Positions 55,606 to 64,000 of a DNA stretch of 64,000 nt are shown in pieces. The DNA is from Convolutriloba macropyga (taxonomy: Eukaryota). The first letter of the stretch is position 1, and every line of letters starts with the position of its first letter. Below the pieces are notes generated by a model that was not told the origin of the DNA, searched no databases, and saw nothing but the letters and a program-made list of their open reading frames with translations. The translations under genes and the position numbers were made by a program. The DNA lies in NCBI RefSeq assembly GCF_964194025.1, contig NC_134468.1:71548001-71612000 (forward strand), written 5' to 3'.

Positions 55606-58600
55606 ATGCCGAACAGAACCATGCAACCACCCGTTTTAAAAGCAAAAATCAGGGTGATGGGGGAGAAAATTGCGAAGAACCTGCAAACCATGAGCGAATT
55701 GATTGACAGTGGGAACATAAACGCAGCGAAGAATGTTCATGAAAAGACAGCGGAAACATTTTCGGAGTTCGAGGAAACCAGTTACGAGTTGATTTCACAG
55801 CTTGACGAAGATCAGCACGAGGAGTACATCGGAAAAATCACTGACACGTGGAACAACATCGACGACATGAAAATTAAAATTCAGAATCACCTTTCGCAAG
55901 AAAACACCACAACAAATTTCAACACACAAGACAACAACGAGACAACATTAACAGCCAACTCGACAGCGGATAACTAAGCAACCAACAACAACATCAACAC
56001 TAGAGCAATTGGACAACAGCAAACATCCGTTAACAGAAGTTTACACAACGAACAACCAGAAACTAGCAATTCCGCTCAACGTGACAACCTCAACAGCTTT
56101 TGGTATGATAGATTAGCTTACTCAAGCAGCCTAAACGACCAGCAGAACAGAGTTACTGGAATGGGGGACACACAGCAAACATTCAATCAGCCAACAGAAC
56201 AACCACAACAATTGTCAACAACGCTATTACAACCAATTCCATTCTATACGCCTTATGTGGAAGCTCTTCCAAAGATGGATCTTCAGAAGTTCAACGGTGA
56301 CCCGAGCAAATGGGCAGATTGGTACAGACGTTTCAGTTTCATGATTGGAGACACTCAGCTCAGTGATGGACAGAAGATCGCCTATCTACAGGGACTTGTA
56401 ATTGGAAAAGCCAAAACAGCAATTGAAGGATTTGCCTGCAACGGACACCTGTACAAAGATGCAATAAACGAGTTGAAACAGCGGTTTGGGAACCCAAACG
56501 TCATCATCAGCAACTTGTTGGAGAAACTCATCAACTACAGGCCACCAACGGCATCTCTTCCTTGGACAATTGTAAATTTTTCCACATTCATTAGCACCAT
56601 TACAAGGACACTACAAGAACTCAACTTCGAAGCCGATCTCAACAACACGACAATCTTGAAGCATGCAACCGACAAACTACCTTACAGCGAAGAATTCAAA
56701 TGGAATCAGTTTGTTTTATGACGAAGAATTCAGCAGCCGACACTTGCAGACTTCAACCAATGGATTAAAGAAATAGCAGAAGCACATGAACGTTCAACGC
56801 ATCAAGGACGAAGCAGTACTAGTCTCAGCACAAACAGTGATACACATCAACGAAATTTCAACTTAAATGGAAACCGACAATTTCATCAACAACCAACTCA
56901 TCCAAAAAGGGAACAACACCAACAACAACAACCAACACAGAACAAACAACTTTAGCAACAACAACAACAACAAGAACCAGTATAACCAGCGGAACACAAA
57001 TGTTTCAAGCAACAAGAGGAAGCAGCAGCAACAACCAGCCTCTGCCTTGTGTCTTCAACGACGGTAATCATCAGTTATTCCATTGCCCAACGTTTAAAGC
57101 AAAGACAGCAGACGAAAGACTACAAACAGTTTATCAGTTGAACCTTTGCAGAAATTGTCTGGGAGCAAACCATCGAGCCAACAACTGTCCTTCAATCTCT
57201 AATTGCAGGGAGCAAGGATGCGGACAACGACACAACACTATGTTACACGGTGCCAACAGTAGATACGGTCGAACACTGACATCAGTTGTTCTACCAAACT
57301 CTCAATCGAACAACTCGAGAGGAAATGGTAACTCATTTGCAGTCATCAGCAACAAAGATACAACCACAACAAAGGACACGACAGCAGCAACTAAAACAAC
57401 GAATCTTCTCTATGTCATGCCAGTTATTTTTTATAACAAGGAGAATAAAGTTCGCACATACGCCTTCATCGACCCAGGAAGCAGCTTGACAAGACTTCTT
57501 TCGAAGACAGCCGACGTACTACGCCTTCAGAAAGAAACCGGCAACAACTTGTCTTGGAGGGAGCCAACGGAACACACACAAAATCGTGTTACACAACGTC
57601 AACAGAAATTTCGAATTTGGAAGACGACGAACGCTACCACCTCAAACGTTGTCGAAAACGTCAATTTGCCAAAGCTGAGGGAGCACCCGGGAGACATTGC
57701 CAGAAAGTATGACCACCTTAGACATGTCAATATGCCAACTCTGGATAATCTCGAAGTCACAGTATTGATTGGACAGGACAACATTAACCTTATCTCACCA
57801 GTCAGAGTGGAACAAGGACCATCATCAGCACCAAGCGCAAGTCTTTTCAAACTTGGTTGGACTATTTCTGGACCTCATACAGTATTGGATGACAGCAAAA
57901 CACAACATTCAATGCATCATACTGCTTTGTTTTGCAGCAATTGCCTTGAACAAGACAATGACCTCAACGAAGAAGTTTCTCATTGGTGGAAAGCAGAGAC
58001 AATTCCATTGGAATCCAAAACCAAGTCTAATGATCCAGAAGTCTTGTTAGCCACCAAGATACTTAACACAACATGCGTGAGACAAGCAGATGGACGTTAT
58101 GAAACGAGACTTCTCTGGAAAGACGACAGCAGTTTACCAGACAGCCGGTCGCAAGCCTTGACTCATTTGAATCATCTTGTCAACAGACTACAGAAGAAAC
58201 CTGAACAGTACAAGAAATACAATGAGGGCATTCAAGCAGACCTGGAAAAAGGTTACATTGCAAAAGTACCTTTCCATAGACAGAAAGATACAGGATGGTA
58301 CATACCACACTATGGTCTTGTCAGCCCAAACAAACCCGACAAGATACGAAGAATCTGCAATGCCAAAGCACCACAAAGCGGAACAAGCCTCAATGACAAA
58401 CTCTTAGCTGGACCTGACCTCCCCGGGAATATGCTTGGAATTTTGCTACGATTCCGACAGGGAGCCATCGCCATCCAGGGAGACATCGAAGCGATGTTTA
58501 TGCAAATCGGAGTACGACAACAGGACCGACGTTATCTACGACTCATGTGGAGACAACCCAACAGCTCACAATTAGAGGTGTACGAATACCAACGACACAT

Positions 58601-61225
58601 CTTTGGAGCCAGGGACTCACCAGCTTGCGCAAATTTTGTTTTGCAGCAGACAGCCAAAGACGACATCGAAGATCACCCAAATTCTCTAGGGATCATTCAG
58701 CGGACATTCTATATGGATGACATGGTTGCATCTTTTAGCGACGCCATCACAGCTTTCACCACAGCCAGGGATGTCAAGGATACTCTGAAGAATGGTAAAT
58801 TCAATCTGACAAAATGGTGCAGCAACAGCCGTGAGTTTTGTGAGCAGATGCAAGATGATCTATGCAAACCAGTGGAGGAGCTCTTCAGTAAAGGTTTTAA
58901 TCAAAGAGTACTTGGAGTTTACTGGAGCTTAGACGAAGACAAAATAATGTTCAAAGCGAAAGACAGAAGGAACCTGGACAGGAAAACTTGGACCCAACGC
59001 AAGTTTCTCTCTTTGGTGTCAAGTTTCTACGTTCCTTTGGGAATCATATCGCCATTCCTCATCCGAGCAAGATTCTACTGCAAGAGCTGTGGAAACATGG
59101 ACGCGAATGGGACAAAGCTATCGGTGGAGACAATGGAAAGGCCATCAAAGATTGGTTACAGGAAACGGAACAGATAGGTACGGTAGGGGTAAACAGGTTG
59201 GTAGGTGGTACAGCACTTGGGGACACAATGGAACTTCATGTATTCTGCGACGCATCATTGGAAGCAACTGCAGCAGTAGCATACATCAAGACAACCAGGA
59301 ACCAAGAAAACCACAACTCGTTTTCTCATGGGAAAAACAAGAGTGGCACCCTTACGTCAAACAACAATTCCCAGACTAGAACTGCAAGCAGCAATTTACG
59401 CGGCAAGATTGAAGAAAACAATTGAGGATGAAATGGATCTCAAGTTTGACAAAATCTTTCTGTGGAGTGACAGCACGACCGTTCTCAGTTGGATAAAGAA
59501 CTTCAAATTGAAACACAAGATGTACATCGGAAACCGAATTGCCGAAATAAGGGATCTCACAAACACCAATCAGTGGAACTACGTCAACACCAAGGACAAC
59601 CCAGCAGATCAAGGAACGAGGGGACTAACAGCAACAGAAATGACAGAAAAATCTCTTTGGTTACAGGGACCACAGTTTCTTCTATCTTCTAGCGACAACT
59701 CGACAACAGAAGAACAACAACACGAAACTGTTTTCTTGAACAGCGCAGAACAGAAGTCAGCGAACACGACGACAGCCAATTGACAAAGACCTAATTGATG
59801 CCAACAGGTTTAGCCAGTGGTTGAAACTAAGAGCCGTCATCATCAAAATGAAAAACCTCCGAAATAAAACGAGAACACGGGACCAGCAGATCATAGATGC
59901 AGAGAACTTTCTTTTCCGTCTATCTCAGCAACAATCATTCGACGGGGACATAAATCGACTAGCACACAACAAGCCAATTCAAAAACGGAGTAGATTGATT
60001 CAGTTGACACCTTCAGTAGACCAAGATGGTATCCTTCGATCAAATAGCAGACTAGCCAACGCACCAGTTTCAACAGCAACAAAGAAGCCAATAATCTTAG
60101 ACGATAGGAACAGGATTATTCGTCTTTTTCTGGAACTGCAACACAAAATCAATGGTCATGTTGGAGTTGAACAGCAAACACACATCACTCAGTTAAACTT
60201 GTGGGTTCTTCAATGCAAAACAGTAATGAAGAAGATCTCGAACAGATGCTACGAATGCAGACGACAGAGACAACTCAACAGCCAGCCTCAGATGTCAAAT
60301 CTTCCGAGCTACCGATTCTCAGTCGAACCTGTAGCCTTCAAGGAAACCGGAGTAGACTTTTTTGGGCCATTCGAAATCTACAGCCAGATCAACACAGCCA
60401 TGAAAGTATACTGTTACTTATTCACCTGTCTGACGATACGAGCTGTTCATATCGAAGTGACCAAGAACTTGCAAAAAGAATCATGCATAATGGCATTCCA
60501 ACGATTCTTCAGCCCACGAGGACTACCGGAAAGAATTCACAGCGACAACGCTTTATATTTCACCAGTACAGCAAAGACCTTCGAAGAAAGCAGCTTCACA
60601 ACTACAGAGATACAGAAATATGCGGAATCGAAAAAGATTGCATGGAAATTTATTCCACCAGGAGCACCACATTTTGGCGGAACATGGGAACGCCTCATTG
60701 GGATGAGCAACCGCCTGTTCTTCAATATCGCCGGATCTAGGAAACTCCAGGAAGACAGTTTCTCAACACTCATTTGCCAAGTGGAAGCTCTACTCAACAG
60801 CAGACCTCTAACATCAGTCAGCAGTGACATTCGCGATGTGGAAAGTCTGACACCAGGACATTTTTTGACAGGAATGACATCAGGACTGCCATCAGACACT
60901 ACAATTAGCAGCAACGACAGAGGAGCAGGAAAACTATGGAACAATGTCAACAGTATCATGAACGAGTTTTGGACACGCCTTTTAAATGAATATCTCCCAA
61001 CACTCAGACAACGTCGAAAATGGCATTCAATGTTTGACGGAATAGAAGTAGGGGACATGGATACTAGAGAACAACACACCCAGGGGTATTTGGCCGGTAG
61101 GTAAGGTACAGAAGGTAAATAAAGGTAAGGATAATGTGGTAAGGTCTTGCATGGTTAAAACATCAAAAGGGGATTTTACTAAACCAGCTATTAAACTTAG
61201 TTTGATCAGCGACAAATCAACATAA
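55606..61225 (+). pseudogene. BEL/Pao gag-pol, broken by several stops and frameshifts
   Basis: LPKMDLQKFNGDPSKW (DUF1759-like), triple Cys/His knuckles, FIDPGS protease, FYMDD RT, HVFCDAS and TIPRLELQAA RNase H, GVDFFGP..HSDNA..WERLI integrase; split across at least six track ORFs. Confidence 0.9.
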
Positions 61226-62386
61226 AGGTTATCAATAGTAAATGGAGAACAATAATTTGAGCACAATCTGAAGCAAATTTGATATCAGTTTTGGGATTAG
61301 AGTAAAGTGAAAGATGAAATGTTTAAAATTCAATTCAATGAGTTAGCAATTCAAGGGGACTTTTAGGTATCATTCAGGTACAATTAGGGATTTCAATAAG
61401 TAACTCACAGGATACTCAAATTAGCAAAATTTAGCGTACATTAGAAAATACTTTCAAAGAGAAAAATTTAGGTAGGTAGGTTTAACATGAAGACAAATTC
61501 TGGATAGACATTAGGTAGGTTTTGGACTTGAAATGCACAAATCATTAGCTTATAGCAAAACAGCAGAGAGTTAAACTGACAGTATAACAGTATTTTGGAC
61601 TATTAGATGACACTAAACAGCTTAGGTAGGACCAGACATCAGTGGTAAAAAGTATTACAAAACATTTGGTATTCCGACAAAACTCTAATTAGGGAAAAAC
61701 AGAAAAAAGGTAGGCAATAGGTACAAGGTAGTGGTAGATTTAGGCACGTAGGGAACACGGGGAGCATCAATTTGTCCACCAGCATCTTTCAACGAGCAAA
61801 CAAGCAACAACAACATTTCCAGACATCGATCAGTTTTTTTGACATTCGCCAATCAGCCAATACAAAAGTTGATTCAGAACAAATAAATTGTAACAGTCAA
61901 ACGCAATCAGCACAAAAGCAATTCAACTTACCCGCGTACAATTTTTTCTTATAACACTACAAGCAGCACGTTGACAACCAACACACAGCAACAATCTACA
62001 GACAACACCGACGGAAGACATCAGCAGAAATTTCACAACAACAAACACTTCAGCAAGAATTACTTCAGAAGAAGCAACAGCATTTTTTGAACAGCAGTCA
62101 ACACATTCATCAACAGCAGACATTATCAAAGTCAGGACAGACATACTTGTAGATATGGACGAGTCCATAACTTCAAGACCAGCGTTTTATTGAGGACACA
62201 ACTCAATACAACATTTCAACGTCATCATCAGCAGATGAAGTAAGAAATACAGTTCAGCTACACAAAAGACACAACAGAGCAAAAGAGAACACAACGAGAC
62301 GACAAAGAGCAACTTAAAACAGACTTCAACAACAACAGATCGACCACAAACTTTCTGATTTTTGGTGCCCAAAAATGGGGGCCCAG

Positions 62387-62736
62387 TGTACCAGGAAAGG
62401 CACGTGTTAAAAAAACTGTAACTTTGAACACCAAGTCATAATGTTGATTATATAGATATAATTTAATGGTTAGGAAATGGATGACTTTTTCACGGTAGCA
62501 AAAGAAGATTTGTGAAGCAAATCTCAAGAAAGTTATAACTGTTGAAAAGGAACAACAGTGGGCAAAGGGTAGCCCAGGCATATCGTGCCAAAGTAACTAT
62601 AACTCAAGGGTCTTTTTTGAAACACCACCAACACTGGCGTCAGTGAAGCAAGCTGATTAGTTTGCTTCTCTGACGTCCGGCCGCAGCACCACCAACACTA
62701 CACATTCAAAATTAACTGAAGGCGGAACACCGCATA
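62387..62736 (+). repeat. 3' LTR of BEL/Pao element (terminal CA mutated to TA)
   Basis: Preceded by PPT-like AAAAATGGGGGCCCAG and followed by TSD GAAAC. Confidence 0.95.
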
Positions 62737-63144
62737 GAAACAAACAGAAGAAAGCTTCACCCTATCTTTACTTGATTTGTCGAAGCGTCGTTTTTGTCGA
62801 TTTTTGTCGATTTCGTCGGTTTTCTGTGTAGGAAATGTAGATCATTGTTGTTTTTGTCAGTATTGCCGTTATTTGATGTAAGAAAGGTCGATTATCGTCG
62901 ATTTTTGTCAGTATTACTTAGATCCAAATGTCAAATGAGTACAGGAAAACTAAGCGAGAGGTGGTACAGAGGAGCAAGGTGGCTAGTAATCTTGGGGTTG
63001 TAGGTTGGAATGATGACAAGGAATGTCCGCAATAAGAAACGCATTGAGAAACAATTTTGACTAAATAGTTCTTCCTCCCAGGAATACAAACAAAATATAT
63101 TAATTTTTTGATCGTGTTGATTTTGTATTGAATCAGAACAATGG

Positions 63145-64000
63145 GGCTCGGTAATGTGCGTTTGCACTAAAATTTGCGTCCCCGCTCTTCCAAGTTTTCG
63201 GCATAAATGTCTACCAAATGAACAACCGACAGTATTTCAGTAATTTTCAAAAACAATGTATGAACAAAAAGATCACCTCCAAAGCAAATGACTCAGTGGA
63301 ATAAAAAGGTTGCATTAGATTGACGAGATCAGCCATTATTAGGAAGGCAAGACAAGACGAACAACAAGATAAAAAACAACAAACATTAATTACATCAAAA
63401 ACTTACGTCTTTTTTTTAAAAAAAAAATAAGGGGTCAAAAATACGTCAGAAAAACTGAAAATGAACAAATTAACCTGTAGTTCAAAAGCAAAGATATGGG
63501 ACTACTCCATAATGAGGCTTGGTAACAATTAGACAAAAACGAACAAAAAAAATTAGAAAAAATTGGCTTAAATTTTTGAAAACAATTAATTTCAGAGTAA
63601 TGAAAACCATTAGATAGCAATTGAAAACGTCCATTATGATTATGATCTTATAAAACTTTATAGGAATGCGTTAAGACGTGTAATTATTCTTCTTTTTTAA
63701 TTAGTATCAAAATGAATAACAAATCAAGACAATAAACAAAAATTCAAGTAAAACTTACGAGAAAACGCTTCTGAAGACGCAAAGCCAAATTTTGCACCTC
63801 AAAAAAAGTTCAAGTGAGCCTTCGAACACCAATACTGTGGATGTGGTATGTGGCCTTTCATTAATGAGAATAGGTAACAAGTAGATAAAAAAGAGAAAAA
63901 AAGAGGCAAAATTCAGTAAGACTTTGTTATTTTCGAAGACAATTATTAAAAGTCATGAAAGTCATTAAATCGCAATTGAAAACATCCAACAAGCTAATGA
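63145..64000 (+). repeat. Old interspersed repeat, copy 3 (runs off the window)
   Basis: Colinear similarity to 13329 onward (GTCTACCAAATGA, GCATTAGATTGA.GAGATC.GC.ATTATT, CAATTAGACAAAAA). Confidence 0.6.

Larger units (their letters stand above)
55059..62736 (+). mobile_element. Full-length but decayed BEL/Pao LTR retrotransposon (7678 bp) with GAAAC TSD
   Basis: About 350-bp LTRs; TSD GAAAC at 55054-55058 and 62737-62741; PBS; PPT; fragmented gag-pol with Pao motifs. Confidence 0.95.

Overview
AT-rich, intron-containing, TE-dense eukaryotic DNA, probably invertebrate; the species cannot be determined from sequence. Left part (1-28 kb): two tandem paralogous 4-exon minus-strand genes rebuilt by hand from splice signals (2064-7537, about 671 aa; 19845-27074, about 192 aa). 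Both encode Shisa/WBP1-like type I membrane proteins (signal peptide, 6-Cys module, TM, PPxY tail), one with a greatly expanded Asp/Asn- and YGSSYPYSS-repeat ectodomain. They sit among MITEs, a tRNA-derived SINE and old repeats. Centre (28185-48197): the main discovery, a young, apparently intact 20-kb Ty3/gypsy LTR element on the minus strand. It has ~1.1-kb near-identical LTRs with AG...CT ends, gag, a -1 frameshifted pol and a chuvirus/gB-like env. It also carries about 18 co-oriented accessory ORFs: three double-RING (C2H2C4) proteins, a five-member 76-94-aa paralog family, a second small family on both sides of the core, four hydrophobic peptides (three missed by the ORF track) and a coiled-coil NLS/SIM protein. 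A GC-rich structured island and a 104-bp leader array are also inside it. Right part: a decayed Polinton/Maverick fragment (about 49.4-53.8 kb) and a decayed full-length BEL/Pao LTR retrotransposon with a 5-bp TSD (55059-62736). All family assignments come from motif recognition by eye; no database searches were run.
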